64,000 bases of DNA from Eledone cirrhosa (Eukaryota): contig OZ024752.1 in the NCBI GenBank assembly GCA_964016885.1, forward strand, positions 20,212,001 through 20,276,000. Direction: 5' to 3'. Positions 47,231 through 62,655 of the stretch are shown piece by piece (position 1 is the first letter of the stretch; each line of letters starts with the position of its first letter). The notes below the pieces were generated by a model, which did no database searches, was not told the origin of the DNA, and saw nothing but the letters and a program-made list of their open reading frames with translations. A program made the position numbers and the translations under genes.

Positions 47231-47339
47231 TTTTTATATATATATATAGATATATATATATATACATACATATATATATATATACATAGATAAATAAATA
47301 AATTAGACAATTATCAAAGTTGTGTTCAAATCATTTAAT

Positions 47340-47385
47340 AGCTGACAATTGTTTCTTCCAAACTCTCGTTAGGAGTCATCGGAAC
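47340..47385 (-). ncRNA. Hammerhead-like motif with CCGAUGA core
   Basis: Reverse complement gtt-CCGATGA-ctcctaac gaga gtttggaa-GAAA-caatt-GTC-agc. Confidence 0.55.
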
Positions 47386-48000
47386 ATTATCAATGTTTGT
47401 ACATGTAATTAACCTCCTATTCAACTGAACAATAATATAGATACATATATATTGATGTTGTGAGCTACGGTTTCGTATTTACAGGGTGGAATGGATGCGA
47501 CATATATTATACGAGAATTGTACAAAAATTCAAATTAAAATTAAAAGCACAGAGTGGAATACATGCGACAGATAATACAAGAGAATAGTCTAATAATTAA
47601 AGAGGCACTGAGACAGAAGCATTGAGAAAGAAAGAGTACATTAGCAATACATATGCAAGCGTGTAGAAAGTGCACATGCGTTAGTCATATCAATGAGAAG
47701 GAGATAAGCAAAGGTATTATGCATATATAGATACTGTATGTTAAGCAAATATGTTAATGTATTAAAATCTTTGGTGGATGTAGTATGTTGATAGTGTTTG
47801 AATAAAACAAAGTTATTGCAGTCTTTTCCATTACATATGTTGAATAATATTTTAGTTAATGTTTATATTGAATATTTTAAGTTAGTTAAAGCAATGGATT
47901 GTAAATTAGTCTTATTGTATTCTTATTCATGGACTATAGTTGTTCAACAGGTAGTTTTTCCAACGGTTAATTTCCGTATACATATATATATACATATATA

Positions 48001-48195
48001 TTAATAAAAGGAATTCCAACTTTGTCTGATTTACTCGTTTTATTTACAATCCTTTAAAATGTATAATGGTATTAGAATGAAATAGTATGGTAGAATATTA
48101 AATGTTAAGTGTTAATTGAACAAGTACTTTCATGCTTTCGCAATCTTCAGGTTCATATTCTGTGGTGACAGTCAAGTTTGCAATTTTCAACTGTA
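48001..48195 (-). mobile_element. Second copy of the family-2 hammerhead element (motif at 48118-48154)
   Basis: Closely matches 24271-24412 and continues through the full CTGAAGA core. Confidence 0.75.
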
Positions 48196-48589
48196 ATGAG
48201 ATGGCTAAAAACTGTGCCCTATATACAGTGAAAAGCGGCTACAGGATGCTAAATTTTGCAAACTGTATTTCGACCAATCGGTGTGTAGTTTCACTGGATT
48301 ACTAAAGCTGATTGGTTTAGGCGTCACAGTTGGTTGAGCATGTCTAATGACTACTAATTGACCCTATCCAAAGCATCAATTGTTTTGCTATTTTTAGAAA
48401 TGATGAAAATAGCATTTTCTAGTAATCATCACCATCAACATCACTTTTATTATTATTATTATTGTTGTTGTTGTTAGTGGTGGTAGTCAACATCACATGG
48501 TGGTAGTCATAGTCATAGTAGGAGTAATACCCCATTATTATTGTTCATTTAGCTTGGGTTGGAATTTATCAATAAAATTCTTAGAGCCA

Positions 48590-50842
48590 CAGGGAGGGCC
48601 AGTGGATGATGGATCAGCTGTCTCTGAGACAAATATAAAGAATGCAGTTTTGTCCTGCAGAAGAGCCATCAAAATGGGCACTTTGAATGTGAGGACTATT
48701 CGGACGCTGGAGAAGAGAGAGGAGTTGGGACATCTGTTCGAGGAGAGTGGTATACAGATACTTGCGATCCAAGAACACAGGATCCTACACGATGAGCCTG
48801 TGAGGAGTGTGATGATTGGGGAGAGGAGCCAGCTCATCACCACATCGGCAGTGAGGAACATGACCAATGCTGCAGTGGGAGGAGTGGGTTTTGTTTTCAG
48901 CACAAAAACCAGTCTATTGGTGAGGGAAATAATACCTGTCTCCCCGTGAGTGTTGAGGGTGACCTTCAATGGAAACCCAAGACTGACAGTCATCTCAGCC
49001 TATAGTCCAACCGAGGGAGACAGTGATGTGAGTGCAGAAGAGTTCCATGAGGAGGTGTGTAGAGCTGTCAACACCACACAAGCATACAACATCCTGCTTG
49101 TTTTGGGGGACTTCAATGCACATCTGAGTAAGGAGGTCAGTGAAGATCCTTGCTGGTACTTTCATAACACCAACCGAAATGGAAGACTACTGAGAGACAC
49201 CCTGCTGGAGGCGAACTTGATAGCGACCAACCTAAGGTTTAGGAAGAATCCGGGGAAGATGTGGACCTACATCTCAGATATGCACCTGTCCAAGTCCCAG
49301 ATTGATTTCATTCTGGTGAGGAGAAAGTAGCGGAATAGTGTTCTGAACACAGAATCATACAACTATTTCAGTACACTGGGAGTGACCACCGGCTTGTTAT
49401 GAGTGAGGTTCGGGTGAGCTTAAGAAAGAGCACGGCTCAGCTCCGGAGAGCAATCTATGACTGGGGAGCTTTCAAGGAAGATGATAAGCTACAGGAGAGG
49501 TTCACAGTGGAAGTGGTTCAGTGGTTGACAGGAACAGGTTCAGTGCACTGTGTGGAGAGACAGATGAGAGAGAGATTGGATGGACTGAGGAGAGTGTGAC
49601 GAGGAGGTACGGGTACTTCACCAGTGCAGTGGCAGAAGCAAGTGAGACCCTGGTGCCGAGGAGAAAGAACAAAAGGAAGCACGTCAGCTTTGCAGAGCCA
49701 AAAGTGTGTAGCCAGAGAACACCTGAAAGCTGCTAAGGACCAATTCTATGCTTATCCTACGGAGGAGAGGATGGAGACTGTGGAGATGATGAGGGAAGAA
49801 CTCTGTACCGCTTACACTGAGGCCAGGGAGGAGGCACTGATGGAGAAGAGCAGAAGTGTAGAGAGAGCGGTTGACAGGTCTGGATGTAAGGAGAGCTGGA
49901 TGATCATCAACAAGATCACAGGGAGGAAGAAATGGTGTTCGAGTCAGATCCAGGGAACAGGGCTTGAGGATAGGAAGATGAAATGGCTAGACCCTTTTAG
50001 GACCCTACTAGGAGAGCCGCCCTCCACAGCCCAGAGCACTGGGGAGATCAGGCGGCTGTTTGAAGAACTGGATATTGAAACAGAGCCCTTCACCAGAGAG
50101 GAGCTTCAGAGAGCGATGAAGAAGATCAAGGAGGGCAAGGCTCATGGAGAAGATGGAGTGGCATCAGAGGTGATGAAGAGGTGTTATTTTGATGATATCA
50201 TCCTGGGGTTCTGTAACCAGGCACTGGAGAAAGGAGTTGTTCCGAATCAGTGGAGGATCAGTAACATCGTCCCAGTGCCAAAGAAGGGAGATCTCTCTAA
50301 CACCAACAACTACAGGGGGATCTCACTGACGTCACTTGTGGCAAAGACCCTCAACAGGATGATTCTTAACAGGAGCCAGCCTGAGATGGAGAAGAAGCTC
50401 AGGGACAACCAGAACGGCTTCAGAGAGGGAAGATCAACCACCAGTCAATTCCTGATGTCGAGAAGGATATTAGAGGGAGCAGAGCTAAGTGGCTTCCTGC
50501 GGTCATGGTTTTCATTGACTTTAGGAAGGCCTTTGATTCTGTGGACCGTCACTGCCTGATGAAGATCTTACAGGCTTATGGAATCCCCAAGAAGATAGTG
50601 GACCTGATATCACTGCTCTACACCAACACCAAAGCCCAAGTCATTACACCTGATGGGATGACAGAGTTCTTTGAGATACTGGCTGGAGTGCTCCAGGGAG
50701 ATACATTGGCTCCCTACCTTTTTATCATCGTAGTGGACTAGTGTATGCGCCTTGCACTGGAGAAACACCAGGACTCTGGCTTTACTGTAGCACCGGCTCA
50801 GAGCAGGAGAGTTAAGGCGAAAAAGAAATCGGATGCTGAATT
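48590..50842 (+). mobile_element. Decayed RTE-type LINE (family C), cut just before the catalytic ADD
   Basis: GTLNVRT, IQEHR, GDFNAH, NYRGISL, DFRKAFDS, GVLQGD; stops and frameshifts. Confidence 0.88.
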
Positions 50843-52085
50843 TGTTAACAAAAAACAAATCCTCCATTCCCATTATGCCAAACCCATGACTTCCAAATAT
50901 CTGATCCACCGAAACTCAGCTGTTTCGGATCACACCAAAATCAACATACTGATTGCAGATTTGGTACGAGTGATGAGAAACGTGTCCTGCATGTGCAACC
51001 CCAAAGAACTAGAGAGACACATACAACACTTCATCCACTGTATGCAGTTCTCTGGTTACAATAAGAGAGATAAAATCAGAGTATATAGAGGAGCCAGAAC
51101 CAAATGGGAAAAAATGGTAAATAATGATACAATTGGGACCTGCCCCTTGTATAGGAGCAAATTTTGGAATAGAATAGAAAGAACTAGGAATAAGGTTAAT
51201 AGAATAAACTCATGGTATGATAGCAATAAATACCAGAGTGTAATGTTCACCCCTAGAGGTGAATTAGCTTACAAATTTAGAAGGGCCCGAGATAAACATA
51301 AACTTAATATTAAGATAGTAGAAAGACCAGGTACCTCCATAAAAACACTTATTAGCAATACATACCCTTTTCAAAGACCTCCCTGTATAGATAAGAAATG
51401 TATAATCTGTAAACTAAGCCCCCATATTAACTGTAAAACTAGAAACATAGTATATAGCATAAGATGTACTTAAGGACAATGTAGAGATAAGAATATAGGT
51501 GAGACAGCTCGTAGTATAGGAGAACAGTTAAATGAACACTGGCGAGAGCTTCAAGATAGAAAAGAACCATCTGTACTCCACCAACATGCTAAAATAGAAC
51601 ATAAGGGCAAATTAGAGAAAATACAAATAAAAATAGAATCTACACACAGAAAAGACGCAATGTTTAGGCAATAAACATAAATGAACTCTAAACCCAAATT
51701 AAATAGAAAACATGAATGGAATGGCAAACATCACAACTTACAATTAAGGACAAAATCAAAACACACACACACACATAGAACAAACAACCAACCAGTAAAA
51801 TGTAAATAAACAAATAAACAAATATAAACACACACAGACACCCGGATGTAACACATGCGCAAACTAAGCACACAACACACACAAAAACAAAGAAAAGAAT
51901 CCCCAGTCACTGATAAGGTCACAGAATGTGTGACGAAAGAACTTTGAAACTATATGAACAACCGTCCGGTTATGTAACCAACCAACCAACCGGAAATTTA
52001 TAAATTCTTAAATTTATAATAAATTGGAGTGAAAGCAACTGGTGCGTGTGTTTCTTATTGCAACATGACCCTCCCAAAGCATAAC
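50843..52085 (+). mobile_element. Penelope-like element 3' part (RT thumb, Cys linker, GIY-YIG)
   Basis: YAKPM...SGY...PLYR...IVERPG...CIDKKCIIC...IVYSIRC*...IGETARS; degenerate hammerhead (CTGATAA...GAAA) at 51907-51947; ends at a TA tract. Confidence 0.8.
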
Positions 52086-52851
<766 letters not shown>

Positions 52852-53010
52852 CATCATCATCATCATCATCGTTTAACGTCCATGTTCCACGCTTGCATGG
52901 GTTTGGACGGGAGTATTCCCACTTGAGGCAAGAGTGGTTGTCTTGCTCGCATAGGACTGTCTGGCGGGTTTTCTACAGCTAGATGCCCTTCCTAACACCA
53001 ACCACATTTA
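52852..53010 (-). mobile_element. About 160-bp 3' end of RTE family A
   Basis: Reverse complement of the 55705-55870 region with (GAT)n tail. Confidence 0.85.
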
Positions 53011-53217
53011 CACATATACATACATATACATATATATACATATACATATATATACATATATATAGATATACATACATATACATATATACAAATATATATA
53101 TATATATACATATATATACATATACATATATATACATATACATATACATATTCATATATATTCATATATACATACATATATATTCATATTTATACATATA
53201 TACATACATATATATAC

Positions 53218-53251
<34 letters not shown>

Positions 53252-53727
53252 TCATATATATTCATATATATATATACATACATATATTCATATATATTCA
53301 TATATATACATATATTCATATATATTCATATATATACATATATACATACATATACATATATACATACATATACATACATATATACATATACATATATATA
53401 TACATATATATATACATATATATATACATATATATTCATATATATACATACATATATATACATATATATACATATACATATATATACATATAGATATATA
53501 TACATATACATATATATACATATACATATATATACATATACATATATATACATATATACATATATATATACATATATATATACATATATATATATACATA
53601 TATATATACATATATATATATACATATATATATATACATATATATATATACATATATATATACATATATATATATATACATATATATATACATATATATA
53701 TACATATATATATACATATATATATAC

Positions 53728-53758
<31 letters not shown>

Positions 53759-53759
53759 C

Positions 53760-53792
<33 letters not shown>

Positions 53793-53868
53793 CATATATA
53801 TATACATATATATAGATATATATATATATACATATATATACATATATATATACATATATATCTATATA
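53011..53868. repeat. Degenerate TA tract
   Basis: Direct inspection. Confidence 0.95.
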
Positions 53869-53869
53869 C

Positions 53870-55870
53870 GGGCCTTCGGAAATAGTTGCTGAGATGCTGA
53901 AGGCATCTGGCACGGTGGGACACACCATGGTCACCCGCATAGTTAACCAAGTCGTACAGAATGGGGTTGTTCCGAAGGACTGGCATAGCAGCATCATCGT
54001 TAACTGTTATAAGGGTAAAGGAGACGCCCTAGATAGGAGTAACTATAGAGGCATTAAATTAATCGACCAGGTCATGAAGGTCACGGAAAAAGTAATAGCG
54101 CAACTAATCAGAGAGAGAATTGATCTAGATGAAATGCAGTTCGGGTTTGTGTCAGGCAAAAGTACCACAGACGCTCTTTTCATTGTACGACAACTACAGG
54201 AGAAGTACCTAGCTAAAGGTAAACCCCTCTACTTAGCTTTTGTCGACTTGGAGAAAGCCTTCGACAGAGTCCCCCGTTCCATTATCTGGTGGGCCCTTAG
54301 AAAACTAGGTGTCGACGAATGGCTTGTGAGAGCTATACAAGCCATGTATAAAGAAACAGTCAGCAAGGTTAGAATTAACAACGAATATAGTGAAGAGTTT
54401 AGCGTAAAAGCTGGCGTCCATCAGGGCTCTGTTCTCAGCCCCCTACTATTTATTATTGCCCTTCAGGCTATAACAGAGGAGTTCAAGACCGGCTGCCCAT
54501 GGGAACTCCTATACGCAGACGACCTGACACTCATAGCTGAATCAATGGCCGAGCTAGAGAAGAAATTCCAAACATGGAAGCACGGCCTAGAATCAAAAGG
54601 CCTTAAAATTAACCTGGCTAAGACTAAAGTTCTAGTTTGTAGGAAAGAAAATAAGGCGGCAGTCCCTTCTGGCAAATGGTCGTGCTCAGTGTGTAGGAAA
54701 GGCGTAGGTAGAAACTCCATTTTATGTCCTAAATGCAAAGTATGGGTGCATAAAAGATGTAGTGGGAACACAGGTAAGCTAACTAAGAACATAGATTTTA
54801 CATGTGGCCCGTGCTCTGGTGCAATAAGTAGCAGCAAGTGCCCACAAAATACTAGCTCTTTCAATTGCGCAGAGGGTTCTATAGAAATAGTGGACAGTTT
54901 CCGTTACCTGGGTGATAAAATCAGCAGTGGGGGAGGGTGCTCTGAAAGTACAGTAGCTAGAGTCAGAACTGGTTGGAAAAAGTTCAGAGAGCTTATACCA
55001 CTATTAGCTGCTAAAGGGTTCTCCCTAAAAATGAAAGGCAGGTTGTACGATGCCTGCATACGAACAGCAATGTTGCATGGCAGTGAGACCTGGGCATTGT
55101 GTGCAGAGGATATACGCAGACTAGAGAGGAACGAAGCTTGCATGCTCCGCTGGATGTGTAACAGTAATATACGTGAACGGCAACGCATAAACGAACTAAG
55201 GAAAAAATTAGAAATAAGAGGGATCAGATGTTGTTTACTCGAGAGAAGGCTACGTTGGTATGGACACGTGATGCGCATGAAAGTCGATAGCTGTATAACA
55301 AAGTGCAGGGCAATAAAGATAGACGGTAGCCACGGAATAGGCAGACCTAGAAAAACCTGGGACGAGCTGATAAACTCCGACCTTACACACTTACACCTCT
55401 CCAAGACAATGTCACTGGACCGAGACCTTTGGCGGTACTCAGTAACAGAGAAGACCCGCCTTACCTAAATACATAGTAAAACCTACTACAGCCAGTAGGC
55501 ATCTCTAACAAAATACCCCCCCCCCCCCCCGTCCCACCACCCCCACCCCATCCACGCCACCCCGTTCTATGTAAAGTTGTGTTGGTGCCACACCATCCAG
55601 GCCGAAACAAATGAGATCGTGTAGGTGTCACGAAAAAAAAACACACAGTCCACGCTGTAATGTGGCCGTGTAGGCAACACGGTAAAAACCTCCCAGACCC
55701 ACACTGTAAATGTGGTTGGTGTTAGGAAGGGCATCCAACTGTAGAAAACCTGCCAGACAGTCCTATGCGAGCAAGACAATCACTCTTGCCTCAAGTGGGA
55801 CTACACCCGTCCAAACCCATGCAAGCGTGGAACACGGACGTTAAACGTTGATGATGATGATGATGATGAT
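53870..55870 (+). mobile_element. Young 5'-truncated RTE family A (ORF 53894-55468 open)
   Basis: RT motifs, PHD finger, 3' UTR and (GAT)n tail; flanked by TA tracts. Confidence 0.93.
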
Positions 55871-56917
<1,047 letters not shown>

Positions 56918-58757
56918 TTAACTGTTATAAGGGTAAAGGAGACGCCCTAGATAGGAGTAACTATAGAGGCATTAAATTAATCGACCAGGTCATGAAGGTC
57001 ACGGAAAAAGTAATAGCGCAACTAATCAGAGAGAGAATTGACCTAGATGAAATGCAGTTCGGGTTTGTGTCAGGCAAAAGCACCACAGACGCTCTTTTCA
57101 TAGTACGACAACTACAGGAGAAGTACCTAGCTAATGGTAAACCCCTCTACTTAGCTTTTGTCGACCTGGAGAAAGCCTTCGACAGAGTCCCCCGCTCCAT
57201 TATCTGGTGGGCTCTTAGAAAACTAGGCGTTGACGAATGGCTTGTGAGGGCTATACAAGCCATGTATAAAGAAACAGTCAGCAAGGTTAGAATTAACAAC
57301 GAATATAGTGAAGAGTTTAGCGTAAAAGTTGGCGTCCATCAGGGCTCTGTTCTCAGCCCCCTACTATTTATTATTGCCCTTCAGGCTATAACAGAGGAGT
57401 TCAAGACAGGCTGCCCATGGGAACTCCTATACGCAGACGACCTGACACTCATAGCGGAATCAATGGCCGAGCTAGAGAAGAAATTCCAAACATGGAAGCA
57501 CGGCCTAGAGTCAAAAGGACTTAAAATTAACCTGGCTAAGACCAAAGTTCTAGTTTGTAGGAAAGAAAACAAGGCGGCGGTCCCTTCTGGGAAATGGTCG
57601 TGCTCGGTATGTAGGAAAGGCGTAGGTAGAAACTCCATCTTATGTCCTAAATGCAAAGTATGGGTGCATAAAAGATGTAGTGGGATCACAGGTAAGCTAA
57701 CTAAGAACATAGACTTTACATGTGGCCGGTGTTCTGGTGCAATAAGTAGCAGCAAGTGCCCACAAAATACTAGCTCTTTCAATTGCGCAGAGGGTTCTAT
57801 AGAAATAGTGGACAGCTTCCGTTACCTGGGCGATAAAATCAGCAGTGGGGGAGGGTGCTCTGAAAGTACTGTAGCTAGAGTCAGAACTGGTTGGAAAAAG
57901 TTCAGAGAGCTTATACCACTATTAGCTGCTAAAGGGTTCTCCCTAAAAATGAAAGGCAGGTTGTACGATGCCTGCATACGAACAGCAATGTTGCATGGTA
58001 GTGAGACCTGGGCATTGTGTGCAGAGGATATACGCAGACTAGAGAGGAACGAAGCTTGCATGCTCCGCTGGATGTGTAACAGTAATATACGTGAACGGCA
58101 AAGCATAAACGAACTAAGGAAAAAATTAGAGATAAGAGGGATCAGATGTTGTTTACTCGAGAGAAGGCTGCGTTGGTATGGACACGTGATGCGCATGAAA
58201 GTCGATAGCTGTATTACAAAGTGCAGGGCAATAAAGATAGACGGTAGCCACGGAATAGGCAGACCTAGAAAAACATGGGATGAGCTGATAAACTCCGACC
58301 TCACACACTTACACCTCTCCAAGACAATGTCACTGGACCGAGACCTTTGGCGGTACTCAGTAACAGAGAAGACCCGCCTTGCCAGTAGGCATCTCTATCA
58401 AAATACACCCCGTCCCGCCACCACCCCCACCCCATCCACACCAACCCGTTCTATGTAAAGTTATGTTGGTGCCGCGCCATCCAGGCCGAAACAAATGAGA
58501 TCGTGTAGGTGTCACGACAAAAAAACACACAGTCCACGCTGTAATGTGGCCGTGTAGGCAACACGGTAAAAACCTCCCAGACCCACACTGTAAATGTGGT
58601 TGGTGTTAGGAAGGGCATCCAACTGTAGAAAACCTGCCAGACAGTCCTATGCGAGCAAGACAATCACTCTTGCCTCAAGTGGGACTACCCCCGTCCAAAC
58701 CCATGCAAGCGTGGAACACGGACGTTAAACGTTGATGATGATGATGATGATGATGAT
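56918..58757 (+). mobile_element. Young 5'-truncated RTE family A (ORF 56992-58458 open)
   Basis: Highly similar to 53870-55870, with a different 5' truncation point and scattered substitutions. Confidence 0.93.
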
Positions 58758-58897
58758 ATATATATACACATATATATATACATATATATATACATATATA
58801 TATACATATATATATACATATATATACATATATATATATATATATACATATATATATACATATATATATACATATATATATACATATATATATATAC

Positions 58898-58928
<31 letters not shown>

Positions 58929-59273
58929 TATATATCTACATATATATACATATATATATACATATATATACATATATATATATACATATATATATACATA
59001 TATATAAAAACAAATAACGAAACGAAATTAAATTTCGTTTCGCTTCTAACTCACTTTTGTATGACAGACGCTTAAACAATTAAGTTAAAGTGTACATCTA
59101 CATATGTATACGGAAGTATTAGTATGCATATAAATACACACATGTATCCATATGTACATGTACTGAGTTTTTCACTAGACACTTTACAGTGAGTGTCAGC
59201 TAGTCTGTATGTAACCACACAGACGGACCGGGTTTTAGAGTCATACGAGTTTTCAAGGAAACACATTTCCTCT

Positions 59274-59369
59274 ATTCTCCAGAGGGCCAGACAGGAATAT
59301 TGGACTAGTTTCGATGTTATTACATCTCATCAGCAATATTTACCCATCTTCCGGCTTCTCTGGAGAATT
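59274..59369 (-). ncRNA. Canonical type I hammerhead ribozyme with long extended stem I
   Basis: Reverse complement aatattg-CTGATGA-gatgt aata acatc-GAAA-cta-GTC-caatatt, closed distally by attctccagag/ctctggagaat. Confidence 0.88.
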
Positions 59370-59467
59370 GTAAATACATATATATATATATATACAAATA
59401 TATATATATACAAATATACATATATATATACATATATATACATATATATACATATACATATATATAC

Positions 59468-59514
<47 letters not shown>

Positions 59515-59695
59515 CATATACATACATATACATATACATACATATACATATATATACATACATATACATATACATACATATACATATACATATATATACA
59601 TACATATATATATACATATATATACATATACATATATATACATATATATACATATATATATACATATAGACATATATATACATATATATATACAT

Positions 59696-59766
59696 CTCAA
59701 GTGGGAAAACCCCCGTCCAAACCCATGCAAGCGTGGAACACGGACGCTAAACCTGATGATGATGAT
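59696..59766 (+). mobile_element. About 70-bp 3' tip of RTE family A
   Basis: ctcaagtggg...aacccatgcaagcgtggaacacggacg followed by (GAT)n. Confidence 0.85.
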
Positions 59767-59878
59767 ATATACATATATATATATATACATATATATATAC
59801 ATATATATATACATATATATATACATATATATATACATATATACATATATATACATATATATATATATATACATATAT

Positions 59879-59913
<35 letters not shown>

Positions 59914-59949
59914 CATATATACATATATATATATATACATATATATAGT

Positions 59950-62045
59950 ATTAGTTATACTATTTATGGTTATGTAAACACAAAACCTTAAGCAGTTGTA
60001 AGTATTTTACACACACCCTAAATAGTGGTAGGCAGTAATGTATTACTACCTTATTACCAGTAAGTTAAGTAGCTCAATGTAAAAACATCAGATGATTTAC
60101 AGAGCAGTTATATGAAATATAAGAATCAAAGAACTGTTCAAAACATTATTGTGCTTACAGCTGTTTCCTCCAAACCGAGGTTTGGATTCTTCGGAGCAAT
60201 TTATTAATGCATGGACAGTTATATGACCTCCTTTTCAGCCGAGAGACATACCAATACATATTCAAACATTGATACATATTCAAACATTGTGGGTCAACAT
60301 TCATTACAGAATTTAGAGTGGCAGTACACACTTCGAGATTACATTTATATTAATAGGTACAATCAAAAATCAAAGATATAGGTTAAAGTACATCATGAAG
60401 ATAAGTGGTTATATAGTGCAAATGTTATATGTGTGGCACGCATGTGCGTCTTGTTTATATAGTGTGGCAGAGAGATATTTGTGGTAGAGGCACTTAGGTA
60501 GGTAAATAAGAGTGTTAGGTTGGTAGATCTGGTGGCAAAGTCTTTATATGATTGATATAGTCTGTGTGTGGAGAAATATTATAAGCATTAAAGATAGTGC
60601 AAGCATTAAAAGTGTTATAAGTATTGGAGATGCACAGCGCAGGGATGTCAAGTAATTCATGTACTTCGGCATTTTCATGGTCAAGGGAGTGTATATTTCG
60701 ATTATATGCCTTTCACATAATCCACGACAATCCAGTTAGAGATCGTAGTCTGGTGTTCTTTAGTTCGATACAGGAGGTTGTTACGTTTCGAGAAACGCCA
60801 TTGAATACCGGAAGTGTGTGTGTGGCTAAGGGGAGTTAATGCATGCGGGGAGGTAACTCTGGGGTTTCTATATCTAGCCATTAAAATGTGTCCCAATATA
60901 GACCCTAAATTCTATGGTGAGGTGCACCTTCCAAGAGAGACTTTTAAAGCATAAAGTGTACTAACTATAGAGTAGTTTAACTAAATTATGCTGAAGGTGA
61001 TCATATTATTATTAAGGTGGATTAACCCATCTTAAGGTGCTACAAATGGAAATTATAGATGATGAGCGAGGATTCTAAATTAATGATCTCTGTGGTTGTA
61101 GTCTGCTCATATGACCAGGCGCGGTGATTGCAGGATTGCTTCAGGACCCAATGATCTCTGGTAAGATCTGGGTCATCGCTTGCTACATTGGATGTCGAAA
61201 GATAATCGTCCCCAGGCAGGCCAAAGGTCAATCCGCAGTCCTCGCGACCCCTCTCTGACCGTCAGATCATCCGTATACGTACAACCCGCACGGCAGTTGC
61301 ATTGCATTCACTCACTGCGCTCAGCAGCCCGGTCCTACTGGTCAACAGCGCTACTCGATTAAATCATTTTACATCTGTCTAAGGAAGGTGTTTCCTCTGC
61401 CCAACACCATCCAACCGATCAATTCATGCTCAAATTACCCTTAGAGCGGTGTAGTGCCGTCCAAGTGGGTGGATGTTGTCACACCTGCCGTAGAGGTATA
61501 AATGGGTATTTTCCCTGCGAAGGGTTCCAGAGGGATGTCGTTGTTTGTGTTATAATGGATCAGCTAGTGTTGGGTATGTAGTATAGGGTGTGTCTCTGGT
61601 GTTTGATGCTAGATGTGGTGTTAGGTTCCAGTCCGACATTGCTATATATAGGGCTTAAAGTTTTGGAAGGAATGTCTGAGGCGGTGCTGGCAAGTTGCAA
61701 ACACCTCAGATTTTTTGTTAAGTAGGTTACGGTTGGAGAAGATAATATTGTGTGTCTCTAGTATACAGAGGTTACAGAATTTATTAGGTGGTTTGTACGA
61801 GGTCGCGCTGCCTACCACTTCCCATTTGAGTGTGTATGGTTTATTTTTAGATTTTAGATAGTGTATGTAGCTAGAAAGTGAGGTGGAGTTGGCTAGGCTG
61901 TGCTTTTTGAACGAGTGGATGTGCGAGTTATATCTGATTTTGAAGCAGTTAGAAGTGGAGCCTACATAGGTTTCTGAAGAGTTATTAGTCGTGACTGTGC
62001 ATGAGTATATGACATCCTTGGTTAGGCATTTTTTATCTATATTTC
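59950..62045 (-). mobile_element. Penelope-like (Naiad-type) 3' part: open GIY-YIG frame at 61642-62040, about 1.5-kb 3' region, hammerhead
   Basis: Manual translation IDKKCLTKDVIYSCTV...TYVGSTSNCFKIRYNSH...KWEVV...FCNLCILE...LLNKKSEVFATCQHR; hammerhead at 60152-60198. Confidence 0.8.
60152..60198 (-). ncRNA. Hammerhead motif with CCGAAGA core
   Basis: Reverse complement tgct-CCGAAGA-a tccaaacc tc ggtttgga g-GAAA-cagct-GTA-agca. Confidence 0.62.
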
Positions 62046-62049
62046 ATAC

Positions 62050-62082
<33 letters not shown>

Positions 62083-62213
62083 AAAGAGAAAATTGAGAGT
62101 GTATAACACTCAACTTATCAGATAGGCAGTATATGGTTAGCTCAATGTCTGAAGACAGAGCCGTAATACAATTAACAACAAAGAGCGCTTAGAACATAGG
62201 TATATCTTTAATT

Positions 62214-62257
62214 GCTGACAATGTTTCGTCCACACTAAAAGTGGGACTCTTCAGAGC
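62214..62257 (-). ncRNA. Hammerhead motif
   Basis: Reverse complement gct-CTGAAGA-gtcc cac tttta gtg t ggac-GAAA-catt-GTC-agc. Confidence 0.72.
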
Positions 62258-62596
62258 TTAAAGAGTAGATACAGAGTATAGAAGCATTAACAAATCCAAA
62301 ACAGAAGAATATAATGTGGGGATATCATAAGGTGGGAGGAATTTAAAGTATATTTCATGTACAAGATAAGGAATAAAGGATAAAAAATAAAAGATAAAAA
62401 ATAAAAAATAAAAAATAAAATCAAGCAAAGGTAGGGTTAGCCCAGAGACAGTATATATATATATATATATACACACATATATACACATACACACACACGC
62501 ACATAACACCGGTCACCCAAAATCCGCACTATATCCGCGTAAATTTTGGGTGACCGGTGTTATGTGTGTGTGTGTGTGTGTGTATGTGTATATATT

Positions 62597-62655
<59 letters not shown>

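Noticed and set aside
62430-62442. Telomeric TAGGGTTAG seed
   Set aside because: Only about 1.5 units; expected by chance.
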